Assembly (NCBI GenBank): GCA_963676915.2
Contig: CAXXVK010000030.1
Coordinates: forward strand, 28,978-92,977
Direction: 5' to 3'
DNA: 64,000 nucleotides
From: Myxococcota bacterium
GTDB lineage: Bacteria; Myxococcota_A; SURF-8; G963663525
Positions 9,245 through 21,500 of the stretch are shown one piece after another. Position 1 is the stretch's first letter; the number at the start of each line of letters is the position of its first letter. The notes under the pieces are model-generated. The model did no database searches and was not told the origin of the DNA. It was given only the letters and a program-made list of their open reading frames with translations. Position numbers and translations under genes: made by a program.

Positions 9245-11569
9245 TCAATTGGTAAAGGCGTTTTCCAGAACTTCGCTCATGTCGTTGACGAAAACGAACT
9301 CCATCCCTTCCCGAGACGATTCGGTAATGTCGATGAGATCTTTCTCGTTTTTGGCAGGCATTACGATTTTCGTGATTCCGGCACGCTTGGCAGCCAGAAT
9401 CTTTTCTTTAATGCCGCCAACCGGCAACACGGCTCCACGTAAGGTGATTTCACCCGTCATCGCCATATTGTTCTGAATCGGCTTGTCGGTCAAAATCGAT
9501 GTCAACGCCGTCATCAACGTGACTCCCGCCGAGGGGCCATCCTTGGGAATCGCACCGGCGGGAACGTGAACGTGAAGATCTTTCTGAGAGAAAATGTCCT
9601 CATCGATATTCAGTTCCTTGGCTTTGGTACGAACGTAGGACAACGCAGCCTTCGCGGATTCTTTCATCACATCGCCCAATTGGCCGGTGATCATCAAACC
9701 GCCCTTCCCTTTCATCATCGTGGCTTCGATGAAAAGAATATCTCCGCCGGTAGGCGTCCAGGCCAATCCGGTCGCGACGCCGGGCTTTGCGGTTCGAATT
9801 GCTACATCATTCCAGTATTTCTGCGGACCGAGGATTTTCTCGACCGTGTCCGGCTCGATCAACGATTTATCCTCTTTTCCGTATGCAACATCTTTGGCAA
9901 TGGAGCGACAAACCGAGGCAATCTCACGCTTCAGGTTACGCACACCGGATTCTCGCGTGTAATCGCTGATAATGGTATGCAGCGCTTCGTCAGTGAACTC
10001 GATCAACTCCTCGCTCAACCCGTGATCCTCGATGTTTTCCGGAATCAGGTATTTCTTGGCGATATGGTACTTTTCTTCCTCGGAATAGCCCGGAATCTGA
10101 ATGACTTCCAGCCGATCGCGCAGAGCGGGAGGAATCGTGTCGAGCATGTTGGCGGTACAGATAAACAACACCTTGGACAAGTCGAACGGGACATCCAAGT
10201 AATGATCCTGGAAAGAGAAATTCTGTTCCGGGTCCAACACTTCGAGTAGCGCTGAAGCCGGATCTCCACGGAAATCCTTGCCGAGTTTTTCGATTTCATC
10301 GAGCATGAACACGGGGTTGTTCGTCCCGCACTTTTTCAGTCCACCGATAATCCGTCCAGGCATGGAACCGATGTAGGTTCTGCGGTGTCCACGGATTTCT
10401 GCCTCGTCGTGCACGCCACCCAGACTCATCCGGTAGAACTTACGCCCCAAGGAACGAGCCACGGATTTCCCCAGCGAGGTTTTACCGACACCGGGAGGAC
10501 CGGAGAGACACAGGATGGGACCGCGCAGGTCGTTTTTCAGTTTGCGCACCGCGAGGAACTCAATGATGCGTTTTTTGACTTTTTCCAGGTCGTAGTGATC
10601 TTCGTTGAGGATTTTTTCCGCCTCGGCGATATCGAGGTTGTCTTCGGTCGATTCGCTCCAGGGAACGTCGATCATCCAGTCCAGATAGGTCCGGGCCACC
10701 TGATATTCAGGCGAGGAAGAATGCATTCGCTGAAGCCGTTTCAACTCTTTCATGGCCGCTTTATGAGCCTCTTCCGGCATCTTTTTCTCTTCGAGCTTCT
10801 CCCGAAGCTTTTCGAGTTCCTCGTTGCCGTCCGACTCGCCAAGTTCCTTTTGAATCGCCTTGAGTTGTTCGCGCAGATACACTTCCCGCTGATGACTATC
10901 GAGCTTCTCCTTGACCTCGTGTTGGATTTTGTTCCCCAACTCCAGTACGTCCAATTCGCGGGTAAGAATACCCGTGATGAGTTCCAGACGTTCCTTGACC
11001 GGAGTGGTTTCCAAAATCTTCTGCTTCTCGCTGATGTCGAGATCCAGATAATGCCCAATCATATCAGCCAGATAGGACGGAGACGGCACCTTGTCTACCA
11101 GGTAGGCCGCTTCGTCGGGAATGTTCGGACTCAAGCGGATGACTTTGTTGACAATTTGCTTGAGATTCCGGTGCATGGCCGAAATTTCGATATCATCCGG
11201 CACCTCGTCGGGAACGTATTCGACCTTCACCCTGTGGTACGGTTCCTCACTAAGGTACTCGACCACTCGGAAACGAACCACACCTTGCACGAGGATCGAA
11301 GCCGTACCTTCGGTATGATCCGAAGATTTGATAATCTTTCCCAACGTGCCGTAATAATGGAGATCTTGTTCCCCCGGCAGATCCACGTTGCCATCGATTT
11401 GGGCAACAACGCCGATCATCTTGTCACCAGGTAATACGTCCTGGAGGATGCGCAGGGATTTTTCTCTACCGATGGAGAGCGGCAGGGTCATGTAAGGATA
11501 TAGTACCGTGTTGCGCACGGGAAGTACGGGAACTATCGTAGGCAGATTCGCGATCAGTGTCTCTTCCAT
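9245..11569 (-). CDS. lon: ATP-dependent protease La
   Basis: LON N domain, Walker A GPPGVGKT, HRRTYIG, catalytic PKDGPSAG, TGEITLRG and VGGIKEK. Confidence 0.97.
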   Translation of the reverse strand: MEETLIANLPTIVPVLPVRNTVLYPYMTLPLSIGREKSLRILQDVLPGDKMIGVVAQIDGNVDLPGEQDLHYYGTLGKIIKSSDHTEGTASILVQGVVRFRVVEYLSEEPYHRVKVEYVPDEVPDDIEISAMHRNLKQIVNKVIRLSPNIPDEAAYLVDKVPSPSYLADMIGHYLDLDISEKQKILETTPVKERLELITGILTRELDVLELGNKIQHEVKEKLDSHQREVYLREQLKAIQKELGESDGNEELEKLREKLEEKKMPEEAHKAAMKELKRLQRMHSSSPEYQVARTYLDWMIDVPWSESTEDNLDIAEAEKILNEDHYDLEKVKKRIIEFLAVRKLKNDLRGPILCLSGPPGVGKTSLGKSVARSLGRKFYRMSLGGVHDEAEIRGHRRTYIGSMPGRIIGGLKKCGTNNPVFMLDEIEKLGKDFRGDPASALLEVLDPEQNFSFQDHYLDVPFDLSKVLFICTANMLDTIPPALRDRLEVIQIPGYSEEEKYHIAKKYLIPENIEDHGLSEELIEFTDEALHTIISDYTRESGVRNLKREIASVCRSIAKDVAYGKEDKSLIEPDTVEKILGPQKYWNDVAIRTAKPGVATGLAWTPTGGDILFIEATMMKGKGGLMITGQLGDVMKESAKAALSYVRTKAKELNIDEDIFSQKDLHVHVPAGAIPKDGPSAGVTLMTALTSILTDKPIQNNMAMTGEITLRGAVLPVGGIKEKILAAKRAGITKIVMPAKNEKDLIDITESSREGMEFVFVNDMSEVLENAFTN

Positions 11570-11685
11570 AATCTTTGCTTTCGTTTCGTGGTCCGAATCG
11601 ATTTCTCGGTTCGAATCCGTGTTTGAACGACCGGTATCGCTCCATTCAAACTAATTCGCGCCCGCCTGTTGTCAAGAATGACGCA

Positions 11686-12975
11686 TTACCCCAAAGCTTT
11701 TAATTTGCCGCATACGGTTTGCGCCAGCGAGCGAATTTCGTCTGCCGTGTGGGATCGGCACAAAAACCACAATTCGTAACCGGACGGTGGCAAATAATAT
11801 CCAGCCTGCAACATTTCGTGATAAATCGCGTTGAATCGTTCGATAGGACGCGATGGAATCTTATCGGCTCGCCGAGGCACCTCGCCTTCCTCGAAATAAA
11901 CCCAGATCAACGATCCTAACCGTCTCCAGTTTAAAAACGGCAGGTCCGATTTCGCCGCTTCAAGCGTTTCGTCGAAAACTTTACCCAGGTTCTCCAGATG
12001 GGTATAGACGGAACCGTCCTCCAACTGATCGAGCGTCGCCTTTCCCGCCGCCATCGCCACGGGGTTTCCACTTAACGTACCTGCCTGATAAACTTTGCCC
12101 AGCGGCGCTAGATTCTCCATATGGTCCTTCGGTCCCACGACCGCCCCAACCGGCATTCCACCACCGATGATTTTCCCAAGCGTCACAAGGTCAGCCTGAA
12201 TTCCCAAGGAATCGCCATATCCACCGAATCGCAGGCGAAAACCGGAAATCACCTCGTCGAAAATCAACAAAGAGCCGTGCGTTTTCGTCAACGCCCGCAA
12301 TTTTTCGAGCCATTCGGGACGTTGTTCCAACAATCCGTTGTTACCCGGCAAAGGCTCGATGACGGCACAGGCGATTTCCGAACCGAATTTCTCGAAGGCA
12401 GCTTCCAGCGCCTCGTCGTCGTCCAGCGGCAAAACCAACGTCAAACCGGCGAGTTCGTCGGGTACGCCGCCACTCGAAGACACACCGGAGGTTGCCAGAC
12501 CGCTCCCGGCTTTCACCAACAGGCTGTCGGAATGGCCATGGTACCCGCCCTCGAATTTGACGATCCGTGAGCGCCCGGTAATTCCACGAGCCAGGCGAAT
12601 GGCTGTCATCACGGCTTCGGTTCCCGAACTGACGAACCGCACCCGGTCGTATGTCGGAAATGCTCTTAAAACGCTTTCGGCCAGAGCCACTTCTTTATCG
12701 TGACATGCACCGAAACTAAGACCATCCACAGCAGCTTTTCGGACAGCATCCACCACGGTTTCGTCTGCGTGACCGAGGATCAACGGTCCCCAAGATTGGC
12801 AAAAATCCAGGTAGTCGTTGCCATCGGCATCGATACAATGCCCGCCTTTTCCACGGGCAAAAAATACCGGGGTTCCCCCCACCGATCCAAAAGCCCGAAC
12901 GGGGCTATGCACTCCACCTGGAGCGAGAGTTTTGGCTTTTTCGAATAGTTCGCGAGATTTCTCGATCGTTTTCAT
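11686..12975 (-). CDS. hemL: Glutamate-1-semialdehyde 2,1-aminomutase
   Basis: PGGVHSPVRAF, SGTEA, YHGHSD, FDEV, GKIIGGGMPVG, YQAGTLSGNP. Confidence 0.96.
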   Translation of the reverse strand: MKTIEKSRELFEKAKTLAPGGVHSPVRAFGSVGGTPVFFARGKGGHCIDADGNDYLDFCQSWGPLILGHADETVVDAVRKAAVDGLSFGACHDKEVALAESVLRAFPTYDRVRFVSSGTEAVMTAIRLARGITGRSRIVKFEGGYHGHSDSLLVKAGSGLATSGVSSSGGVPDELAGLTLVLPLDDDEALEAAFEKFGSEIACAVIEPLPGNNGLLEQRPEWLEKLRALTKTHGSLLIFDEVISGFRLRFGGYGDSLGIQADLVTLGKIIGGGMPVGAVVGPKDHMENLAPLGKVYQAGTLSGNPVAMAAGKATLDQLEDGSVYTHLENLGKVFDETLEAAKSDLPFLNWRRLGSLIWVYFEEGEVPRRADKIPSRPIERFNAIYHEMLQAGYYLPPSGYELWFLCRSHTADEIRSLAQTVCGKLKALG

Positions 12976-13082
12976 ACTACTTCCTTGAATTCATCTCTTA
13001 GACTTGAATCGTAGTTTATGGATTCAATGAAAATCCCCCTCGAATCCACATTTTTCCTGTATGTCGAACTAGTGTCTCCAGT

Positions 13083-14033
13083 TTACCAGGAACGTGCCGG
13101 TTTACAAAGCTCATCTGAGGAAAAAGATGGCTCGGAACCCTCTACTTCCCCGTCCCGCCATGCGATGGAACGAGGCAACACCTCGTTTTGATTGAGGTTT
13201 TCGAAATACGAGGTCTTCCAGCTTCCATCAGCGAAAAGAGAAGCGATAAGCACCGAGAATTTCTCGTTTTCCACCTGAACCCAGCAAGCAAACGGATCGT
13301 GACAACCGCAACCGAAGGCTACGAGCAGGTCACGTTCCAGGTCGACCGCTTGTCTTGTGGGAGTATGATCGATCTTTGCAACCGTTCGCTCCACCTCCGG
13401 GTCGTTTTCCCGAATCTGTACACCAACCGCCCCCTGACCGGAAGCGCAAGGCCAGAGATAGGGATTTAGATCGAAGGCTTTTAAAGGAGCAATATCCAGC
13501 TTCAGGCGTTCCAGACCGGCTCGTGCTAGGATGGCGGCATCGAATTCTCCCGAAACGATTTTGGAAATGCGCGTGGGAACATTGCCCCGCATCAAGCTGG
13601 GTTCGAGATCGGGTCGAAACGACTTCAACAGTGCCTGACGACGAAGACTTGTAGCACCGATAACACTCCCTTTTTTCACGGGAAACGGCTCATCGGGGGC
13701 ATATGCGTCAGGAGATACCAACAGCACATCATTGACCGACGCTCTCGGCGGGGTAGCACCCAACACCAGTCCCGGAGGATTTTCGGTAGGCAGATCTTTG
13801 AGCGAGTGAATCGCGGCGTCTACCTCGTGATCCATCAGAGCCTGTTCGATTTCTTTGGTAAAAAAACCCTTGTCGATTCGACCTTGTAGCGGCACCGAAA
13901 GCAAACGGTCACCGCTCGTTTTGATGACATGCACTTCGGCCGGAACGTCGAGCAGGTCTTTGACCATATTGGCCTGCCAAAGAGCCAGTTGACTGCCACG
14001 GGTGCCGATCCTGAAACGCGTCTCGTTCTTCAT
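13083..14033 (-). CDS. hemC: Hydroxymethylbilane synthase (porphobilinogen deaminase)
   Basis: IGTRGSQLALWQA, KGFFTKEIE, HSLKDLP, TSLRR, RGNVPTR, LARAGL. Confidence 0.95.
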   Translation of the reverse strand: MKNETRFRIGTRGSQLALWQANMVKDLLDVPAEVHVIKTSGDRLLSVPLQGRIDKGFFTKEIEQALMDHEVDAAIHSLKDLPTENPPGLVLGATPPRASVNDVLLVSPDAYAPDEPFPVKKGSVIGATSLRRQALLKSFRPDLEPSLMRGNVPTRISKIVSGEFDAAILARAGLERLKLDIAPLKAFDLNPYLWPCASGQGAVGVQIRENDPEVERTVAKIDHTPTRQAVDLERDLLVAFGCGCHDPFACWVQVENEKFSVLIASLFADGSWKTSYFENLNQNEVLPRSIAWRDGEVEGSEPSFSSDELCKPARSW

Positions 14034-14059
14034 CCAGTCACTCTTTCCTCAGAAAATCT

Positions 14060-15238
14060 TTATTCGAAAGAAATTTTCGACGCACGTTCGTTGGTGTCGA
14101 TGATGTGTTTCACCTGCACCAGCGCTTCTTTTTTCATCGCTTCGAGTTCCGGCGTCTCTTCGGACATGTTTTTCGCCGCGTTATACACTTCGACAAAGCT
14201 TTTCTTGGCCTGCTCGTTGAAATCGCGGGAAAGATAACGCGACCACGCCAGCATGTAGAGAGATCGGCAATGCCACAACGTGCCTACTTCGTACTTTGCA
14301 GCGGCTTTTTCGAAAAAGATCGCCGCTTGCGTGAAATGGTCGAAACTCTGAGGCGAATGAAAATGGGTGTAAGCCAGCCGGAAAAGGATTTCCGCAATCA
14401 CCGGGCTGTCCGGGTGAAGCCTGACGTAATCATCCCACATCTGCGCTTTTTCACGCGTCTGTTTCAATTCACTGTATAGTTGTGCCAGCATGGAAACCGC
14501 TTCGGCATGATTCGGAAAATCCTGATGCTTTTCAAGCACTTCCGCAACGGCATCCCGAATTCTGAGCATATTTTTAACATACTCGGGCTTCTTCTCGGCA
14601 GGTGCCGTCACTTCGGCCGTTTCCACCTCGGGAGTTTCTTCTTTTTCGATCAGGGGTGTTTTGTAGGCGGCCAGTTCATCTTCTTCGGTTTTTTCGACCG
14701 CTTTTTCTTCCTTCGTTTCCTCTTCGAACACCGGACGAGGACCGGGAATCGCCTCGACGACCGGCGGTTGAGGATCTTTGTAGTCCTGATCGCGAACCGG
14801 GTAATACAGCCGGGCAATGAGCATCAACAGATAGGGATCGGAGGAATTGTCCTGCAAAGCCTTTTCGGCATGATAGATAATCGCGCTCCAGAGGCGTTTT
14901 TTCCTCTCGGGAAAATCGGCGATCATTTTCTTTTTATCTTCACGAAGCTGTTTTTGTAACGCCTTGCGTTCTTTATACTTTTTGATCTTTCTTGTAAGTT
15001 TGATCTGCTCGTCCATCTCCTGGGTCAGTGCTTTTTTCGTAGTGTCCCAGTCGAGATAAGCTTTGAGATCCCGAAGGAGTTCAGGATATGCCTCGGCGTA
15101 GCTGTCGGGCAACATCGGATCGGCCGGTTGATACCCGAATTCGAAATCCAGACCGGGAGCCTGAAGAGCGAACGCCATCGGCGATACCAGCAAGAACAGC
15201 CAAAAAACGCTATGCACGACCAAGGTTCTCAGATTCAT
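14060..15238 (-). CDS. Exported tetratricopeptide-repeat-like protein
   Basis: AAGGAG RBS, signal peptide (AFA-L), helical repeats with YpxS and xxYxLAW TPR-like patterns. Confidence 0.65.
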   Translation of the reverse strand: MNLRTLVVHSVFWLFLLVSPMAFALQAPGLDFEFGYQPADPMLPDSYAEAYPELLRDLKAYLDWDTTKKALTQEMDEQIKLTRKIKKYKERKALQKQLREDKKKMIADFPERKKRLWSAIIYHAEKALQDNSSDPYLLMLIARLYYPVRDQDYKDPQPPVVEAIPGPRPVFEEETKEEKAVEKTEEDELAAYKTPLIEKEETPEVETAEVTAPAEKKPEYVKNMLRIRDAVAEVLEKHQDFPNHAEAVSMLAQLYSELKQTREKAQMWDDYVRLHPDSPVIAEILFRLAYTHFHSPQSFDHFTQAAIFFEKAAAKYEVGTLWHCRSLYMLAWSRYLSRDFNEQAKKSFVEVYNAAKNMSEETPELEAMKKEALVQVKHIIDTNERASKISFE

Positions 15239-15409
15239 GCCATCTCCTTATGATCCACTAAAATTCGTCATAGAAGTTACTTGGCCTCATTGAATCGATT
15301 CTCCCACCTTTTGGCAAGATTTTTCGGGAAAACGTCCGAAAAAGCGGCATTTTCAAGAAGATAGCGCTCCATTTCACGAAAACATCCAACGTTTTCATGG
15401 AGAAGAGTC

Positions 15410-15438
15410 TTGATAGCTCTTGTCGTATAGTATAAATT
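15410..15438 (+). promoter_or_regulatory. Possible sigma70 promoter for the giant LTD protein
   Basis: TTGATA, 17-bp spacer, TAAATT, about 100 bp upstream of the GGAGG RBS. Confidence 0.4.
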
Positions 15439-15535
15439 CAATCAAGAGTACGTCCAATGTATATGCATGGCGTTCATCCGTCCATTTGTCGGAATTCGCC
15501 AGTTGCTGCAATGATAGCTATCAAGGGAGGTTTCG

Positions 15536-18500
15536 ATGTCTCGCGTTCCCTCATCCATTCTTGTTTTTCTCGCACTGGCGATGACGCTGTTTTCCGTCTC
15601 GGCCTGCACCTCGGATAGCACGGGAAATCCTGGTGATACAGACACCGATCTGGTTGAGGCAACCGATAAGATAGATATCGATTTCGAAGAATGGCCGGAC
15701 AACTGTATACGCCTCATTTCCGACAAAGAATTGTCCCTCATTGCCGGTACCGAGTTCGAAGCCACGTTTCCCGAGGGAATCGTGACCGAGCAAACGACAG
15801 TCTGCTACGAAAAACTGGCGACTACAGCGGTTCAGCTTCCCGATGGAGTGGAAGCGCTGAGTCCGATCGTGACGTTCACACCTGCGGACATGACCCTGCA
15901 AAAAGAGTTCAAAATCACCTGGAAAAGCCTCACTGACCTGCCGGAAAACGTGAACGCGTACATCCTCAAGGAAGACAGTGACAACGAATGGGATGTAACC
16001 ACCGTTCCGGTGGAATCCGGCACGGCAAGCGTTACGTCGATTCGTCTTGCCACTGCATTTTTGGGACAGCTTGCCGAAACGCCCACGGATGGCGATATCG
16101 ACGAGGTCGAGGAAGAGGAAGACCTCGACGAAGCGGACACCGTGGACGAAATCGACGAAATCGAAGAAGTGGATGTCGATGAAGAACCGCCAAATCTTTG
16201 CGATCCCGATCCTTGCAACGGTCACGGAACCTGCGATCCAACGGACGGCTCCTGCACCTGTGACGACTATTTCGCCGGTGACGCTTGCGATGCCTGCGAT
16301 ACAGGAACCCTCGGCACCTATCCCGACTGCGTTGACGACCCCTGCGATCCCGATCCCTGCAACGGACATGGCTCCTGTGACACGGCGGACGGCTCCTGCA
16401 CCTGCAACGACTATTTCGCCGGAGATGCCTGCGATGCCTGCGACGCGGATGCCGTGGGAACCTATCCCGATTGTGTAGACAATCCCTGCGATCCCGACCC
16501 ATGCAACGGTCACGGAACCTGCGACACGACGGACGGTTCCTGTACCTGCGCGGACAACTACGCCGGAGACGCCTGCGACACCTGTGCACCGGGATATGTC
16601 GGGGAATATCCAGACTGCATCTTGGCCACACCGCTTCCCGCTCCGGGAGAAATCGTCATCACCGAGTTTTTCGCCTATCCTCCCGATGCCCGCAGTGAAA
16701 ATGGTGAATGGATCGAAATCCGCAACGTTTCCAGCGAAACCCGTCGTCTGCAACTGTGCGAAATCGGCCATGGTTTGGAAGGTGTCACCGAAAGTTCGAC
16801 GATCAATGATCCTATCGAATTGGAAGCCGGTGAAACGATCGTTTTCGGAAAAAACACAGAGATCCTCGATAGCGGTCTCAATGTGCCGCCGGACATCATC
16901 TGGACCGGATGGCAGTTGGGCGACGTAGCGGACACGCTATGGCTCGATTGTCCTGGAAGCGCACGAGACACGATGCGACGTATCGACGAAGTAACCTACA
17001 CCGAAAGCTGGGCCGTGCTCCAAGGATATTCGAAACAATTCGACATCGAAACCCTTGAAGATACAAACCTCCAACATGCCGTCGAAAACGACAAATTCTG
17101 GAACTGGTGCGACAGCGCCGACGAACGAACCTATGGCTATGGCGACCACGGCACCCCGAAAATCGACAACACCGTTTGCGCCGAAATCACTCAGCCACCC
17201 GAAGAGGGGGATGTGTTTATTACCGAAATCTTTGCGGATAACAGGTTTCGAATCGAATAACGGCCAATGGTTTGAAATTGTCAATACAACCAATAAAACC
17301 AAAGAGCTACATCACTGCAAGGTCTCGTCTTCCACGAATGAAATCATGATCGACGAATCGTTGTTGATCGGCCCAAGTGAAATCCTTGTACTGGGAAACA
17401 CGGCGGACGTTTTCGGCGACGTAACGCTGGATTACCAATTCGATCTGTTCTTCAACCCCACAAGCGACACCATCAGCCTGACCTGCTATGATCTGCCGGT
17501 GGATGAAGTAACGTACGATCTGGAGCAAGGCTGGCCGATTGCCACCCAGGCATCGCTTTCACTTATTCCGGGCAACGATGCCTTAGGGAATGATGACGCC
17601 ACCAACTGGTGCTACAGCCATGACGTATATTTTGCCGCTTCGATGCGTTTCGGCACACCCGGCACGGCGAATCCTACCTGCGATTTCGAACCTGTCGGAA
17701 CGAGAACAACCCACGGAGATCACACGTATTTCATCTCTGCCGAAGGTTCTTTCCTGACCTGGACTGACGCGCAGGACTATTGCCGCAACATTTGGAACCA
17801 ATCCAACGAGGAAGGCGATCTTGTAACCCTCAACGACACCAACGACACCCCCGGCGGGGAGTACCATTTCATCAAGGAATATTATCTCAACAACACAATT
17901 CGCCGCCCGTTTTGGATCGGCCTCAACGACCGGGAAACGGAGGGGCAGTTCGTCTGGTCCAACGGAGAAACACCCGCCGTAATGCCGACACCGGAAGGCA
18001 ATACCGATACAAAAGACTGTGCCGCTCAGGAAAATGGCGTCACGATGAATCTCTGCCGGGTACCGCGAAAATTCATCTGCGAAGTCGAAGGCAGCTATGT
18101 CCCAGAAATCACGGTTTACGAGCTGATGGATGAAACCAACATCAACCATCAACCGCCGGGAACTCTGGTCACGATGGGAGCAGACAAACAACCTGCAGGT
18201 CATCGGTGTATTTCCCGAAAACGGCGTGCTTCGCGTCAAGGCCAAAGACACTTCGGAATTCGGCATCGAGTACGCCTATTCCTTCATTTTCTTCCGTGGT
18301 TTCGATGGGGTTTCGATCGATACGATTCAGCTCGGTGACATCCTTCACTTGACGGGCGGTGTCTCGGATAACGGCGATTTCCTGCAAATCAGCCTGCAAC
18401 CATCGCTATTCCCGGACGCAACCCTCGAAGTGGTGGCGAACGATCCGACCATCGACGATCCCGTTATTACCATTGCCGGAAGCGAAACCGACGATTACCT

Positions 18501-21500
18501 GCCGGGAGGCACCAATCACAAACCTTATGCCCTCCATACGGTTAAACTGGAAAACGCTATCGTCGATAGTTCCGATGCCTATCCTTACGTGGATCTGGCA
18601 GCCCCTTACGACGGATTCCAGCTATGGGCATTCATTTACGCTTTTGATGAACCTCTCCCCCAGACGATCTATCCCGAAGTCTCGGGCGTTCTGCTCAACA
18701 ACCTCGTGTTGCCGCTTGACGAAAGCTGTATGGCCGATCCGATCATTCCCGAAAACCTCTGCGATGTCGGGGAAATCGTCATCACCGAATTCATGCGCCG
18801 CCCGTTGGCTTTGTTCGGTGTCGATGGCGAATACGTAGAGTTGACCAACGTCACGGATAAACGTTGCAAACTCACCGGTTGCGAACTCCGTGACGCGGCC
18901 TTTACCGACCGGCATGTGTTCTCGGCAAGTGGAATCGTCGGTGACGCGGAATCCCCGGTCATCGAACCCAATTCAACCTATTTGCTGGCACGGACCGAGA
19001 ACAACAACGGCATGATTTATGCCCCCGACTACCTGTACGGTACGGATTTCGAGCTTTCCAATCTCACGGACCAAATCTATCTCACCTGCCAGATCGACGG
19101 CAACAGCGTCGATATCGACCAGGTATCCTACGATGAGGGATGGTACCTGGAAGATCCCGGAATCGCTCTACAATTCGACGCTTCCTTGTTGCCATGGGGC
19201 GACAACAACCAGCAATCGAACTGGTGTGTTTCCACGGAAACGTTCGGTGATCCTTTACAGTACGGCTCACCCGGCAACCGGAACTCTTCTTGCGAAACCT
19301 CCTATGTCGTTTATTCGATTCAGGAATTGCAGGACGAAAGCGACGTCAACCATCCTGAAACCGGCCAACTCGTCGGTATCGAGGATGCCGTTGTCGTTTC
19401 TCCCGTTTTCAATGTCGGTACGAGTACTACGCGAAAATCCGTTATCGTAATGGACCCCTACGGTGGAGAATACAGCGGCATTCAAGTCATTTGGAACCAA
19501 ACCACCTACCCGGTAACAAGCTTGCAAGTCGGACAAATCATACAAGCGGTCGGGGTGTATCGAGAAACCTGCGAGGAAGGCTCCTTGCCGGATTGCGTAC
19601 CCAGTACCGTTATCGATATCGAGGAAGCGGCCAACCAAAACCTGGATTACTACGAAATCCGTGCTACCGGTGGAACCTCACCGCTACCGCAACCGTATCT
19701 CGTCACGAATCCCTGCGATATCATGACCGATGGTTCTTTGGCCGACAAACTACAGCATGTTCTCGTTCGCGTCGAAAGCGTTTTAATTACAGATAACGCC
19801 AATTACACCGCTCAGGGAGAATTCACGGTCGGGACAGACTGTAACCTGCCGGTGGACGACTACATCCACCATCGCGATCCCTCGGAAGATTATCCCAGAC
19901 CGCGTATCGGTGACACGTATGACCTGGAGGGTGTGCTTGTTACCAGTTACGATACCTTCAAGTTAGCGCCCAGAGATACGGAAGACATCGAAATGCTGGC
20001 CGTAGGCATCCAAACCGGCGAACTCGTCTTTACGGAATTCTTCCTGCAGTCCGCTCTTTATCCCGATACTCAGTGGTTCGAAATCTACAACGCCACACGA
20101 GGAACCGGGAACGAGCGAACTCTCAACCTCAACGGATGCGGCGTTGTCGCCGACAACGAGAGCATGGATATCGAAGTCGATTTGTTCGTGGAAGCCGGCG
20201 ACTACATCGTGCTGGGTAATTCCGCAGATGTTTCAGCCAACCAGGGAGCGTGCATCGATCACACCTACCTGCCGGACGATGACGAAGAGGAATTGGATTT
20301 CATCATCAGCGTACAAGAACAGACGATTTACCTGCTATGCGAAGGTGGACGCGAAATCGACAGCATACCGTTCCATCCGACGTACTTCCCCTTCGAGAAC
20401 AACAAATCCATCGAAGTCCGTAGCGTCGCCCGAAACGCCGATCTGAACGACCACGGCGAATACTGGTGCGCTGCCCGCGTGAAATACGGCGAACCGGATT
20501 GGGACGGCCCCTACGGTACACCCGGCACTGCCAACGATTGTGAAACCACCTCGGTGGAAATTCAAAGCTGTATCCCGGACATCTGGCCGGGTGACCTGAT
20601 CGTCAGTGAAGTTATGTATTCTCCGGCCGCTGTCTCGACCGATGAGGGACAATGGCTGGAAATCTACAACCGCTCCGGTGAGGCGGCGAACCTTGACGGC
20701 TGCAACATCGTCGTGGATGGCGTCGATCATCCGATTGAGGACTCAGGTTTGACAATCGATGCCGGTGGTTTCGTCGTTTTCGCCAATTCGGACAACAGCG
20801 CCACCAATGGCGGCCTCGTCCCCGATTATGCCTTCGGATCGGAAAACCTGCTGAATCTCGACTACTATTCCTCGCAGATTCAAATCATCTGCAACGACAC
20901 TAACCTGGGTTATGACCTGTTGATCGACGAAGTCACCTACTCGCCTCTCAACGCTTTCCCGGTCGAGAAGAACGGCTGGGCCATTTCCCTCAAAGAAGAA
21001 AACTTCGATGATACGATCAACGACCGAGGGATTTCCTGGTGTTATTCCGGCGCGACCTATGGCGATGGCGATTATGGAACACCCGGAGAAGGAAACGAAT
21101 GCTACGTCGAGCTTCGAGGTCAAATTGAGATCATCGGCAGCTATACCTATTTCATCTCCGACGAGGACTTCGTCAAGAACTGGTACGACGCAGACAGTTG
21201 GTGCAAAAACAACATGTTCGGCGGTGCCGGTGGCGGCTACCTGATGTTCGTCCAGGATCGTTTCGAAGTCCTGCCTCTTGCCGCTGGCGACCTGTTCCAG
21301 ACCTTCGAATACGCCTGGGTCGGTGTCCACGACTACAATCAGGAAGGCACCTTAGAGTATTCGTACGCCCCACAGGCAGGAGAAGACTGGGACAGCGCAA
21401 TCCAAGCCCAGTTGATCAACCCCACCCTCGGCAACAACTCCGAAGACCGGGACTGCGGCACCGTACAAAAGAACGTGTTGAGCCAGTTCGACTACTCGAT

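Noticed and set aside
11600-11630. GGTTCGAATCC upstream of lon as a tRNA fragment or att site
   Set aside because: Only a T-loop-like match; no cloverleaf, acceptor stem or integrase.
11569-11645. Longer Lon N-terminus via an eighth indel at ATGGAGC (11645)
   Set aside because: No RBS, the ATG is too close to the candidate -10, and there is no motif support.
16199-16618. CRISPR-like periodic repeats
   Set aside because: In-frame 144-bp coding repeats with synonymous variation, not a repeat-spacer structure.
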